A stretch of 64,000 nt of DNA from NCBI GenBank assembly GCA_963695345.1, contig OY968769.1, positions 1,664,001 through 1,728,000 of the forward strand, given 5' to 3'. This document shows, one piece after another, positions 1 through 10,875 of the stretch; position 1 is the stretch's first letter; each line of letters starts with the position of its first letter. Under the pieces are notes generated by a model that was not told the origin of the DNA, made no database searches, and saw only the letters and a list, made by a program, of their open reading frames with translations. The translations under genes and the position numbers were made by a program. This DNA is from an uncultured Methanomassiliicoccales archaeon (GTDB lineage: Archaea > Thermoplasmatota > Thermoplasmata > Methanomassiliicoccales > UBA472).

Positions 1-18
1 AGTTCCGTCCTTGATGCG

Positions 19-1672
19 ATGGGCGCCAAGGTCCAGTTCGAGGTGGAGGTGCCTGACCCGGAGAAATCCGATCTGGCCATCCCCTGCTTCCCCATGGCCA
101 AGGCCTTGAGGAGGAATCCGGTGGAGATCGCCAACGAGATCGTCTCGAAACTGCCGCCGATGCCCACCATCGCACGGGGATGGGCGGACCGGGGCTATCT
201 TAATTTCAAGATCAACGAGGAATACCTGGCCCTAACGACGATCAGGGAGATCATATCGACCAGGACAGACTATGGCAAGGGTTCGCCGAAAGACGCCCGT
301 GTGCTTCTTGAGCATACTTCGGTCAATCCCACCGGGCCGCTGCATGTCGGACGGGCCCGCAACCCGCTCATCGGGGATACGCTGGCACGTTGCCTGAGGA
401 CCTGCGGATACGATGTTACCACCGAGTATCTGGTGAACGATGTCGGCAAACAGGTGGTGCTTCTGACCTGGGGCGTGCACAACGTCCCCGATTCAGAGGT
501 CCCGGAATCCGAAAGGAACAAGGACGACCATCGGCTGGTCGGCTACTACCAGAAGGCCAATCAGAGAATGGAGGCCGAGTCGGAGGTGCAGGAGCAGATA
601 TGCCGGCATGCTGAGGCGTTTCGAGCTCGGCGACCGGCAGGTCATCGATCAGGTGAGGGAGACCACCGAGAGAATGCTCCAGGGAATCCGTACCTCACTG
701 TCACAGGTGGGCGTGGAGATCGACAACTACACCTGGGAGTCGCAGTTCATCCTCGACGGCAGCGCGAAAGAGGTGGTCGAACTCCTGAAGAAGACCTCCT
801 TCTGCAAGGAGGAGAACGGCGCCTTCTATCTGGACCTGGAGACGTTCGGCATCCACGGCAAGAGCACCAAGTTCTTCTTCACCCGGGCCGACGGGACGAC
901 GCTGTACACCACCCGGGACATAGCGTATCACCTGGACAAGTTCACCCGGGCCGACGTACTGATCAACGTCCTGGGTGAGGACCAGAAGCTGGGACAGCAG
1001 CAGCTGGCTGCGGCCCTAAAGATACTGGGGAAGGCTTGTGTGCCGGAATGCGTGTTCTATTCGTTCGTGTCGCTTCCCGAGGGGCGCATGTCCACCAGGA
1101 AGGGGGTCGTCGTCTATCTGGACGACCTCATTGACGAGGCGGTAGACCGGGCCTATGAGGAAGTGAAGGTAAGACGCCGGGACCTGTCCGAAGAGAAGAT
1201 GAGGCAGATCGCCAGGGATATCGGGAGCGGCGCGATACGCTACAACATATTGAGGGTCCAGGCGGAGAAGCAATTGGTCTTCAAGTGGGAGGAGGCGCTA
1301 AACTTCGAAGGCAACAGCGCCCCGTTCGTTCAGTACGCCCATGCCCGGGCGTGCAGCATCCTGCGCAAGGTAGAGTCCTATGACCGCGAGGCGGACCCCC
1401 GGAAGCTCGTGGACCCATACGAGAGAAAGCTTATCCGTATACTATCTCTATACCCCTCGGTCATCAGGGAGGCAGGGGAGAAAAGGCGAGTCCATCTGCT
1501 ACCCGCGTACGGGCATGAGGTCGCAGCGGCGTTCAACCAGTTCTATGGTTCCGTTCCGGTGCTCAAGTCCGGAGAGTTCCAGGATGCCAGGCTGTGCCTG
1601 GTGGAGTGCTCGATGTGGGTGCTGAAGAACACGCTCGTCAACCTCGGTCTCGTGGCGCCGGAGGAGATGTAA
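19..1672 (+). CDS. argS: Arginine--tRNA ligase (N-terminus probably before the window; frameshift near 600-610 joins ORFs 19..978 and 608..1672)
   Basis: HIGH-like motif EHTSVNPTGPLHVGRARN, KMSKS-like MSTRKG, GNSAPFVQYAHAR, C-terminal APEEM. Confidence 0.95.
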
Positions 1673-2164
1673 ATGGTGGAGATCAGAGCACTGAAGGAAG
1701 AGGACAGAGGGCACGTAAGAGCGCTGGAGTTGTTCTGCGTCAGAGAGTACCTTGAATCCGCTCTGAAGAAGAACTGGGACAGTCTTCCGCAGGAGCTCAT
1801 AGACCAGCTCGGCGCGTCCGCCAAAGGCTCCTTTGATTATTACAAGGACGCCGGCCTCAGCTACGTCGCCATCGAGGACAAGCAGATAGTCGGTTTCGTC
1901 TTCGCCCAGATGGTGCACCACGTCTATAATGTCGACAAGGTGGTCTGGATCGAGGGTCTGATGGTCCATCCCATGCAAAGGAGGAAGGGCATCGGGTTCA
2001 AGCTTCTCCGGAAGGTCTCCGCCGAGGGCAAGAAGAAGGGCGCGAAGGCCGTGCAGAGCGTCATCCTTCAGGACAGCCAGAGCTCGATACTGCTGCACAA
2101 GAAGGTGGGCTTCTTCATCGACGGCAGGAAGCTCGCGTTCCTGGACCTCGAATCGTTCGAGTGA
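1673..2164 (+). CDS. GNAT family N-acetyltransferase
   Basis: Acetyl-CoA motif VHPMQRRKGIGFKLL; starts directly after the argS stop. Confidence 0.85.
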   Translation: MVEIRALKEEDRGHVRALELFCVREYLESALKKNWDSLPQELIDQLGASAKGSFDYYKDAGLSYVAIEDKQIVGFVFAQMVHHVYNVDKVVWIEGLMVHPMQRRKGIGFKLLRKVSAEGKKKGAKAVQSVILQDSQSSILLHKKVGFFIDGRKLAFLDLESFE

Positions 2165-2903
2165 TCATCGCTGGAAAGTGAAAACCTCTTTCCCGTATTT
2201 CTCTTCCGAGAGCCTTCTGGCCAGTTCCTTTTCGTCATGGGAAAGGGTTCCCTTCTGGATCATTCACGGAAAAAGCCTTTTCGAAGCCGGCGACAAGTGC
2301 GGTCTTCACCTCGCTCATCTCGGCCTTCCTGCCCAACTCGATCGCGACCGAGGTCATGGCGTCGACGCTCCGCGGTTTTCCCGGTCTCTGCCGTATCACC
2401 CGCATCATCAGCTCCAGGTCGGAATCGACGATGACTGTCCCGTGCTGCAGGACGACGCCCGCCTTCCTGGTCTGGGCACTCCCGGAGATCTTGCGGCCGT
2501 TCACCACCACGTCGTTGAGCGGTTTGTGCTCCGCCCTGATCCCTAGGAGACCAAGGGCATTGACCACTCCCGAGCATATGAGGGGGTAGGACTCCTTCGG
2601 ATTCTCCGGCACCAGATCGGCCTCGACGGTCACAGTGTAGATGATCTGGCCGGGATCGGTGAAGATCGCGCTCCCTCCGGACAGGCGTCTCACGACCTCG
2701 ATGTTCAGCCTCTGGCAGAGTTCCAGGTCGATGCATTCCGCCGCTTTCTCGAAATAGCCGAGGGAAACGGTCGGGCGGTCACGCGAGTAGAAGCTGAGCG
2801 TGTTCCCGGCATATCCGACCGAACGGAACGTCAGGATGGCCTCGTCCGTTGCCGCGGTGAGGGCAGGGTTCATGATCCCCAGGTCGACGACGCGCCAGTC
2901 CAC
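2165..2903 (-). CDS. Lipoate-protein ligase A family (BPL/LplA/LipB catalytic domain); C-terminal frameshift near 2255
   Basis: RRLSGGSAIF, NDVVVNGRKISGSAQ, LQHGT motifs; alternative frame gives a plausible C-terminus ending FTFQR* at 2165. Confidence 0.85.
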
Positions 2904-2971
2904 GGTCCGACAGACCGGTAGGATGATAGATAAAAGATTTGCCCGGCCGCTGCGGGAATGATTTTTGCGTC

Positions 2972-4129
2972 TCAGGTGACTATCTCGTCGACCCGTTCCT
3001 GCTCGATCGCGCGCCTGACCTCCAGGGCCAGCCTCCGTCCGGTGGACATGTTGGTGCGCCACATCGAGTTGCCGTAGGCGTGACCGACCGCCATGTGCAC
3101 GTTGGTGCCTCCGCCGATCCTCGGGGCCACGTCGTAGATGTAGAACTTCAGGTCCTTGTCGACGCAGGTCTGGAGACAGAACGGCCCGATGATGCCCGGT
3201 TTGAAGTGCACCTTGCAGGCCTTGACATATTTCTCCGCCAGGTCGAATGCGTTGTCCAGGAGGGATTCCCTCAGGGTGGCCGAGTTGTGTCCGCATACCG
3301 TGTACTCAGGAATGCTCTGTTTGTCGTTCAGGGCCAACTGCTGCGCCGCCGGCAGACGGACATGGCCGTCCAGTGAGCTTTCGAAGCGCCAATCGACGCC
3401 GATCAGCTCGATCTTCGAGCCCTCCTCCTCGAGCGGGGAGTAGAAGAAGTCCAGGTTGAACACCGGACCGATGATGTATTCCTCCATGCGGGCTCCGGCC
3501 AGGTTCTCCTCCTCGATGACACCTTGGGCAATGAGCTTGTCCGCCTTGGTGCGGTACTCATCATAAGAGGAGGCGGTGAAGAATCCTCTCTCGAGCTTCT
3601 TTTTGGCGTGGTGAAGCTTGATGATGGTGAGGGCGCTGATGTCCTCAGGCTTGGATACCTTCCTCGGGGAGGGCATGCCCGCCTCGTTCAAAAGCCAGTA
3701 GTAATCCTGCGGACCGCCGCGGTCCTCGCTTCGCAGGAGATTCCTCGATCCGACCATCGGAACCGTGAAGTCGTTCTCCACCGCATCGATGCTGCAATAC
3801 GAGGTGAACGACCGGTTTGGCACGAAAAGGGCGTTCTTGGCGACGAGCTGGTCCATGACCGTCTTGGATATCGTGTCCTTGAACTTCTTGACCATTATGG
3901 CCTCGTCCACCATCCCCCGGCGGACGCTGCCGTCCTGGTTGCGGTAGGCCTTGAAGTACCTGGTATAGGTCTGATCCCTGCCTTCCTCGCACACCGCCAG
4001 CGTGCGGAACCCTTCCTCAACTGCACCATCGCACACGTCCAGTGCCGAGTGGGATGCCAGGACGCCGATCTTGGCGTTCTTGAGGTCATAGGATTCCAGG
4101 TTGCCGAGGACTTGCTGCCGGTCGATCAA
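2972..4129 (-). CDS. purP: Formate--phosphoribosylaminoimidazolecarboxamide ligase family (archaeal PurP-like ATP-grasp)
   Basis: IGVLASHSALD, FVPNRSF, GIIGPFCLQ, DVAPRIGGGTN, MSTGRRLA; TTG start at 4129 inside the longer ORF 2972..4528. Confidence 0.9.
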   Translation of the reverse strand: MIDRQQVLGNLESYDLKNAKIGVLASHSALDVCDGAVEEGFRTLAVCEEGRDQTYTRYFKAYRNQDGSVRRGMVDEAIMVKKFKDTISKTVMDQLVAKNALFVPNRSFTSYCSIDAVENDFTVPMVGSRNLLRSEDRGGPQDYYWLLNEAGMPSPRKVSKPEDISALTIIKLHHAKKKLERGFFTASSYDEYRTKADKLIAQGVIEEENLAGARMEEYIIGPVFNLDFFYSPLEEEGSKIELIGVDWRFESSLDGHVRLPAAQQLALNDKQSIPEYTVCGHNSATLRESLLDNAFDLAEKYVKACKVHFKPGIIGPFCLQTCVDKDLKFYIYDVAPRIGGGTNVHMAVGHAYGNSMWRTNMSTGRRLALEVRRAIEQERVDEIVT

Positions 4130-4185
4130 ATCGGTCACTTCCGTCAATTGGGTATGCCGACTGGAATTAAAACTTGTCGCTGACC

Positions 4186-5434
4186 TCAGACCAAGTTCAA
4201 GCAGGACGATCATCAGCATAAGAGCAAGTGCCCCCACTGCATCGATGGCCGAGGAGGTCAGCGGGATGCTGTGGTCGTCAGGGTCCAACGCGAACCGGTA
4301 GGTGTAGATGGCCACGTAGTAGGAGATGAAGTTCAGCACCGTGACCGTGATCAGGCCGGCGGCCAAAGACAGTAGGACCATTTCCACCAGGCCGGGCGAG
4401 CCCATCCCGAGAAGCACGGCCACGAAATGGGAGGTCACTCCCACCAGGGTGAAGACCCAGACGGAGAAGATGTAGATGATGGCAAAGTTCTCCCAGGTGG
4501 TCTTGCTGGGAGATCCTCGTCGGCTCAATCGTACCCATGTGCAGCATCGAGGAGAGCCTGGAGGTGAGTATCCCCCCCAGCGCGTTGGCGTCCTCCAGGA
4601 ACGGAGGGATGAGGACCAGCAGCGCGGGCAACGTCACCAGGCCCTCTATCTGATTGTCGATGGTCAGACCGGCGGCGATGTCCAGGAGGATGCACACGAG
4701 CAGCACCGGGGCGCTTTGCATGATGATGCGCCTGGTCTCGCTCTTCTTCATCTTGAAGGCCCGATAGGACAGATAGACGGTCACCACCAGGAATATCAGC
4801 GCGAATGCCAGCGTGTTGGAGGACAGGAACGGTCCGAAATCGCCGGTCACGATGAGTGCCGCGATGAACAGCATGGGCAATGTGACGATGTCCCCGGCCG
4901 CGGTGATGATCGGGGCTGAAATGTTGTCGATGTCCCATCCGCGTCTGTAGCCGATCGACGCCACCAGGATGTTGATGAGCACGATCACCACGCCGGCCAG
5001 CGCGCCGCCCAGGACCGAGATGAAAACGAATTGCTCGATCGAGATGCTGTTCGACTCCGAGTGCAGCGGATATCACCTTGGCCATGACCCCCATAACGAG
5101 GGACATGACGATGGTCAGCAGGAGGGACGCACTCAGGTTCTGGCGCAGCATGCTTCCCCTCTTCATCGACAGTTCGAACGTACCGACGTGCATGGCGGTG
5201 CCCAGCCGGCTGCCCAAGGCGCCGAAGATGTTCCCTCTCATGCCGATGGCGGGCGGGATGAGGATCATCAGACCGGGAAGCAGATGCCAGGGTATCGGTC
5301 ATGAAACCCAGGGTCGCCCCGGCCGCCAGGTCTCCGAAGGATGAGATGATCAGCCCGATGAAGCCGAGGGTGAATACGCTCCGGTTGCGACCGAAGAAAC
5401 TGCGTATTCTACCCTTCGACGCCATCCCGTTCAT
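4186..5434 (-). CDS. MgtE-like magnesium transporter with duplicated membrane domain (several frameshifts)
   Basis: PPAIGMRGNIFGALGSRL, DIDNISAPIITAAGD, LDPDDHSIPLTSSAID spread over ORFs 4985..5434, 4525..5268, 4278..4991 and 2972..4528. Confidence 0.85.
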
Positions 5435-5700
5435 CTCCCTGCATGAGTATTCTCATCCTATATTTGATGTTCGAATGGGCGAGTCCAGCGATGTGGTTTT
5501 CTGGTTTCCGCTTAGGCAATAGATAAATATCGCAGAATCGGATTGATGGTAGTCCGCTTTACAGGGCAGGCCGGGACTTCCTAGCCGTGACCGGGCGGAA
5601 GGTCGGGATCAAATTCAATGTGCTTGGGCTGTTCCAGCGGCATCTTCCTCGTGAACGATAGAAGAAATACCATTCACGGAGTATGTGAGGTGAGCAGGTA

Positions 5701-6343
5701 ATGACCGAACATCATGAGCATATACCCGACAGGACGGAGATATCCCATACCACCGTCCGTGAGCTTCTCACCGAGATGAAGGACATCTCCGAGGTGATGG
5801 TCGATCTGGCCTACGCGGCAATCATGTTCGATTCGGAGGAGATCGCAGAAGAGGTGGCGCATCTCGAAGACAGGATGCACACCCTGAACTATGAGATCCG
5901 TATCAAGGCAATGCTTTCGGCACGGACTTACAACGACGCGGTGAAGCTCGCTGGGCTGCTTCAGGTGGCGGCCGCCGCCGAATCCATTTCCAACGCCGCC
6001 GGCGACATCGTCACACTGTCGGGGGTGGACCCGTCCAAGAAACCATTCCTTTCCTTCGTTCTGAAGGAGGCGGAGGAGAAGATCAGGCGTCTCGCCATCT
6101 CTGAAAGATCGGACATGGTATCCAGGAGCATCGCCGATCTGAGCATCGAGTCTGAGACCGGGATGAGGGTCATCGCCATCAAGCGGGGCAAACGCTGGAT
6201 ATACGATCCCGAGGAAGACACCGTTCTCAAGGCCGGGGACGTAATGATTGTGAGAGGGACCGAGAGCGGTTCCGAACTGTCTGCGCAAGTATGTTTCTGG
6301 GGAGACCAAATGGCCAGTTTACCCGGTAGAGGAGGACGAGTGA
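5701..6343 (+). CDS. PhoU + TrkA_C (RCK_C) domain protein, copy 1 (C-terminal frameshift)
   Basis: [14 protein letters not shown] PhoU-like helix; [10 protein letters not shown]...P..DTVLKAGD TrkA_C motif. Confidence 0.8.
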
Positions 6344-6344
6344 A

Positions 6345-6925
6345 ATGGACGAACTAGACCTGATGCTGCTGGAGCTCAAGGACACTTCCGAGCTCATGAT
6401 CGATCTGGCATACTCCTCTTTGCTGTACAACAACCGCGACATCGCGGAAGAGGTCTTCGCAGATGGAGGAGGCACTGGACGAGATGGCCATGGAGATCCA
6501 GAAGAAGGCCATTGAGAGGGCGGTCAAGGACTCCGACCCGGACAAGGCCTATGCCGTGATCAGGCTGGCACAGTCGGTGGAGGAGATATCCGACGCCGCC
6601 CGTGCAGATCGCCGATGTGGTCCTGCATGATGTGGAGCCGCATCCGGTGATTGCGCTTTCGCTGCAAGACAGCGAATCGATCATCAGCAGCGCCACGGTC
6701 CTGGACAACTCCGACCTGGCCGGGTCTACCCTGGGGGACACGAAACTGGCCAACCAGTGCGGCATGTGGGTGGTGGCGATCAAGAGGGGGCGCAAGTACA
6801 TCTACGGCCCGGACAAGGCCACCAGGGTATCCGCCGGGGACCTTCTTTTTGTGCGTGGCCCGCAGGACGGGGAATCATGCTTCAAGGACCTGGCCACCGG
6901 GGCGGCCCATCTAGTTGTGATCTGA
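6345..6925 (+). CDS. PhoU + TrkA_C domain protein, copy 2 (frameshifted near 6460 and 6600)
   Basis: ATG at 6345 gives [24 protein letters not shown]; C-terminal ORF 6602..6925 has [10 protein letters not shown]...GDLLFVRG. Confidence 0.75.
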
Positions 6926-6975
6926 TAAAAGATCAATAGAAAACATCAGAATCCTGGAGTTTGATGGAGATGAAG

Positions 6976-7048
6976 TAGCCCCGGGCAGATTCGAACTGCC
7001 GTCGCAGCCTCCAGAGGCCCGCATGATTGACCGCTACACTACGGGGCT
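6976..7048 (-). tRNA. tRNA-Gln(CTG)
   Basis: Reverse complement AGCCCCGTAGTGTAGCGGTCAATCATGCGGGCCT-CTG-GAGGCTGCGACGGCAGTTCGAATCTGCCCGGGGCTA; one G-G mismatch in the anticodon stem. Confidence 0.9.
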
Positions 7049-7102
7049 ATGAAATGTGGGTAAAAAGTTCTTGGTCTTTAACCTTTTGCTCCCGGTTCAG
7101 AC

Positions 7103-7744
7103 CTATTTCGTTTTGTGGGACCTCAAAGCCTTCAGGATGCGCTCGTAGACGTCGCCGATGTCTCCCTGTCCATCGATACGCACCAGGATCCGTTTGTCGT
7201 AGTAGTATCTGGTCAGGGGCAGGGTCTTTTCCTTGTAGACGCGCAGCCTCTCCCGGACGACCTTTTCCGAGTCATCGTTCCTCTGGATAAGCTCAGAACC
7301 GCATTTGTCGCACTTCCCCGCGACCTTTGGCGGGTTGAACTCCAGGTGGAATACCGAGTTGCAGGCCTTACAGACTCGTCTCTCGGTGAGCCTCTTGACC
7401 AGCAGTTCCTCGTCGACCTCCAGATCAATGGCCATGTCCACGGTTATGATCTGGTCCAGCATCTTGGCCTGCTCGACGGTCCTCGGGAACCCGTCCAGGA
7501 TGACGCCTCCCTGTGCTCCGCTGAGCTTCTCCTTGATCAGGTCGCCGACCAGCTGGTCCGGCACCAAACCGCCTGACTCCATGAACGACTTCGCTTTGAC
7601 TCCCAACGGAGTTCCCAGCTTGACCGCTTCCCTAAGCAGGTCGCCAGTAGAGATCTTCGTGAACTTGAGTTCGGCGCACAGTCTCTCGGTCTGGGTGCCC
7701 TTTCCAGATCCCGGCGGTCCAAGGAGAACGATCTTGAGGTCCAT
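7103..7744 (-). CDS. adk: Adenylate kinase (bacterial type, Zn-binding LID)
   Basis: GPPGSGKGTQ, STGDLLR, LDGFPRT, CKAC...CDKC, QRNDD. Confidence 0.95.
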   Translation of the reverse strand: MDLKIVLLGPPGSGKGTQTERLCAELKFTKISTGDLLREAVKLGTPLGVKAKSFMESGGLVPDQLVGDLIKEKLSGAQGGVILDGFPRTVEQAKMLDQIITVDMAIDLEVDEELLVKRLTERRVCKACNSVFHLEFNPPKVAGKCDKCGSELIQRNDDSEKVVRERLRVYKEKTLPLTRYYYDKRILVRIDGQGDIGDVYERILKALRSHKTK

Positions 7745-7866
7745 GGGCGTAGGAACGGACTTCAAATAAATAAATCATGCGAAAGCTTGACACTGTCGGC
7801 CAGATGCCGCGGGGGTTCAATCCAGCTCCCATAGCTATTTATGATTTCCCGATGGTCACTGTATCT

Positions 7867-8403
7867 ATGATCAAGGGGAACCACGTCGGGATCCGGCCGC
7901 TCCAGTCCGACGATGCCTGGATCCTGTTCAAGTGGTTCAATGACCCCAAGGTGACCGATGATCTCGGCATAAGGGAACCTCGTCCATCCATCTCCCTGGA
8001 AGAAGAGATGGAGCTAACCCAGGACAAGATAGGCAAGCGGACCGTCCGTCCGTTCATCGTGCAGGACCTGGATCTGGACGTCCCCGCCGGTCTGGCTGAG
8101 CTGACCCATATTGATCTCAAGAACGCCACCGCCAAGATATTCCTGATGATCGGCGAACCGGACCTCTACACCGACGGTTTCTTCCTGGAATCCCTCGGGC
8201 TGGTCAAGGGCGTGGCGTTCCGTAACATGAACCTGCACCGACTCGAGGTGAGGGTGCCTGCCTATAACGATCGATTGATCCGGCTTTACACCGCCTCCGG
8301 TTTCGAGATCGAAGGAAAGCTGCGGCACGACCATTTCCGCCACGGAGAATACGTCGATTCCATCATCCTGTCGAAGATAAGAGGGATCGGAGGCAAGGAC
8401 TGA
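7867..8403 (+). CDS. RimJ/RimL-type GNAT acetyltransferase
   Basis: MNLHRLEV...N.R.I.LY...GF.IEG.LR pattern; start uncertain. Confidence 0.8.
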   Translation: MIKGNHVGIRPLQSDDAWILFKWFNDPKVTDDLGIREPRPSISLEEEMELTQDKIGKRTVRPFIVQDLDLDVPAGLAELTHIDLKNATAKIFLMIGEPDLYTDGFFLESLGLVKGVAFRNMNLHRLEVRVPAYNDRLIRLYTASGFEIEGKLRHDHFRHGEYVDSIILSKIRGIGGKD

Positions 8404-8936
8404 TGCTCGAGGGAGAGAAGGTCAGGCTTCTGGCCGTCGACCGGGAGAATCTGCCCAAGTTCCTCGGTTGGGTCAACGACCCGGATGTGACGCAGTATCT
8501 GATGGTAGACCCACCGTTGGGCATGGAACAGGAGGAGGCATGGTTCGAGGGGCTGCGCGACCGGGAGGCCATGGTGTTCACGATCCAGACCATGGAAGGC
8601 GAGGTCATCGGCAACTGCGGTCTGGAAAAGATATCCTGGAAGGACCGCAAGGCGACCTTGGGCATCATGATCGGTTCCAAGCTGCATTGGGACAAGGGCT
8701 ACGGTACCGACGCGGTCAGGACCCTTCTCCGGCTCAGCTTCAACGACCTGAACCTGATGCGCGTGTGCCTGATATGCGACAAGACAAACGTCCGGGCTCA
8801 GCGGGCCTATGAGAAATGCGGTTTCCGCACGGAAGGGGTCATGCGCGCCTACCGTTACAAGAACGGAGCGTACGTGGACGAGGTCCTCATGTCCATCCTC
8901 CAGCCGGAATGGCGGGACTTGCAGGAAAAGGCCTGA
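8403..8936 (+). CDS. RimJ/RimL-type GNAT acetyltransferase (tandem paralog)
   Basis: WDKGYGTDAV, LNLMRV, N.RA.RAYEKCGF..EG; TGATG overlap with the upstream gene. Confidence 0.9.
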   Translation: MLEGEKVRLLAVDRENLPKFLGWVNDPDVTQYLMVDPPLGMEQEEAWFEGLRDREAMVFTIQTMEGEVIGNCGLEKISWKDRKATLGIMIGSKLHWDKGYGTDAVRTLLRLSFNDLNLMRVCLICDKTNVRAQRAYEKCGFRTEGVMRAYRYKNGAYVDEVLMSILQPEWRDLQEKA

Positions 8937-8941
8937 TCCGG

Positions 8942-9844
8942 CTAGTTGTTCGCGTCCCTAATCCCCGGCGCACCCTTCTCCAGCAGGAACTCGATGATCC
9001 GTCGGTAGATCCCCGGATAGCATCCGTCCTCCCCCGATTCGAGGGAGGGGTTGTCGTTCACCTCGATGACGTAGGCCCCGTCATCGCATTCCTTGATGTC
9101 CACACCGTAAAGTCCGTTCCCTATGGCCCGGGCGGCCTTCAGGCCGGTCTCGAGCACGGCTGAAGGGATCTTCTCCACGGGTACGCTTTCCGTCGTGCAG
9201 TACACCAAATGACCGTTCACCTCCGCCTGGATCTTGAACGTTTCCGGGGGGATCATGTACTTGCAGGCATACAGCAGCTCCCCGCCCAAGACGCCGATCC
9301 TCCAGTCATACCTGCTCGATATGAACTTCTGCACCACGATCCAATCGGAGAGCTTCAGGAACCGGTTCGCGGTCTTCATGAATTCCATCGGGTCCCGGGC
9401 CTTTTCTACCCGAGCCGAGAAGCAGGTGGAAGGCTCCTTGAGAATGAGCGGGGTCCCCCAATTGTCGAACATGACCTTGGCATGGTCGACGGTTATGTCC
9501 TTCTTCTTCAGGAAGGCGGTCTTCGGGATCCTGACGTTGCCCTTGATCAGGTGATAGTACATATTGACCTTGTCCGCGCATATCTGGATGGAGGCCGGGT
9601 CGTCGACCACCGGGATGTTGTGCAGGCTCGCCATCTTTGAGGCCACGAAGGCCACGTTCATGGGGTCGGTGTTGGTCCTGATGAAGAGCCCGTCGGTCTT
9701 CAGCAGGCGCTTGATCTCCTCGGGGAAGATGAAGTCCACGCTGTGGCCCATGTCCTCCGCCGCGTCCCGGCATTTCAAAAGCGCGCTCAGCTGCTCGGCA
9801 TTGCTCAGGGTCTGCCTGTTGACAAAAACGCCCAGGTTAGACAT
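8942..9844 (-). CDS. RimK family ATP-grasp ligase
   Basis: CADKV, PLILKEP, VQKFI...DWRIGV, GLYGVDIKE...VIEVNDNP. Confidence 0.9.
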   Translation of the reverse strand: MSNLGVFVNRQTLSNAEQLSALLKCRDAAEDMGHSVDFIFPEEIKRLLKTDGLFIRTNTDPMNVAFVASKMASLHNIPVVDDPASIQICADKVNMYYHLIKGNVRIPKTAFLKKKDITVDHAKVMFDNWGTPLILKEPSTCFSARVEKARDPMEFMKTANRFLKLSDWIVVQKFISSRYDWRIGVLGGELLYACKYMIPPETFKIQAEVNGHLVYCTTESVPVEKIPSAVLETGLKAARAIGNGLYGVDIKECDDGAYVIEVNDNPSLESGEDGCYPGIYRRIIEFLLEKGAPGIRDANN

Positions 9845-10748
9845 TTTCTTTTTCGCCTTCTTTGAAAGGGGCCCACCTGCTCTGCAGGTACTCTCCGAGA
9901 AGATGCCTCTCCCGCCCGGTGAGCTTTGCATACCTCACCGGCCCCATGGAGGAGAGTGAATACTTACCGTCCCGCTCTATCAGTATCGCCCTGAACAGCG
10001 GGATCTTGAACAGGCGGTAGACGTCCGATACCATCCTGGCGACCTCCGGTCTGGTGTTCTCCACCGCGTGGCCGAAGACCGAGGTCACCGCCACCAGGTT
10101 CGCCCTCTGGTCGAGCTTCTGGTAGCAGAACGGATACTTGCCTTTGTTGGTGACATGCTTGATGATATCCCTAGCCGTATCCTCGTCCTGCACCACGAAG
10201 TACTCCGACGGGGTCGAGAAGTAGTTCAAACCATAGATCACGCAGGGAGTGCTGGCATACTGGTAGGATATCTCCCAGTCGCAGACCTCGATCCCCGCTA
10301 GCTTGGCCTTCTCCAGGCAGATCGGCACGACATAGGCTTCGATCACTTGACCGCTGGACGGGACGGTATTGATACCGCTCATCTCACTGCTGACCGCGGT
10401 GTAGTACGCCTCGGACTTGTAGAAATGGTTCTCGCTCACGACATGCACGGAATCGTCCATCGACACCGTGAATATCGAATCCTCCTTGAGGACACGGTCC
10501 TTCCTCTCATGGGCGGTCATCTAGTGCATCACCAGAATGTCGCTCGCCGAGGTTGTCACCGGTTCTGATGTATGACAACAAAGGATCCCTGTTTGTCCTG
10601 GACCTGAAGAGAAAATTGACCGCTGTCCCCGGGTCGCGCTCTGTTCCTCGCCCCTGTGTCTAGAGGCAGGAACGCGATTATCACTACCATCGCCATCTTC
10701 AGATTCTTCGCCTGAGTCTTCCATTCGAACACTCTGCGGTACCCTCAC
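9837..10748 (-). CDS. RimK-like ATP-grasp N-terminal (RLAN-type) protein; 9837..10520 plus an in-frame upstream ORF 10521..10748 separated only by TAG
   Basis: YKSEAYY...E..G...PS pattern; overlaps the RimK start; the two ORFs share a frame (CAC TAG ATG). Confidence 0.65.
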
Positions 10749-10875
10749 GTTGGTGTGGTGCTTAAAACCTTTTTCTTAATTTTCGCTGGGTCGTAAATGA
10801 AGACGGTATGTCAAGCGAATTCCAGATATCCCTCGGGTCGGATCCGCGTCCTGACCGACCATTCGCGCACTGGCC

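Noticed and set aside
2972-4528. Apparent MgtE-PurP fusion ORF (518 aa)
   Set aside because: Removing one base near 4200 gives LLNLV* at 4186. purP has its own TATA-like TTTTAATT and a TTG start at 4129, so the fusion is probably an indel artefact.
6976-7048. G-G mismatch in the tRNA-Gln anticodon stem as a sign of editing or a pseudogene
   Set aside because: It lies at a GGG/CC run boundary in an error-prone sequence; a single miscall explains it.
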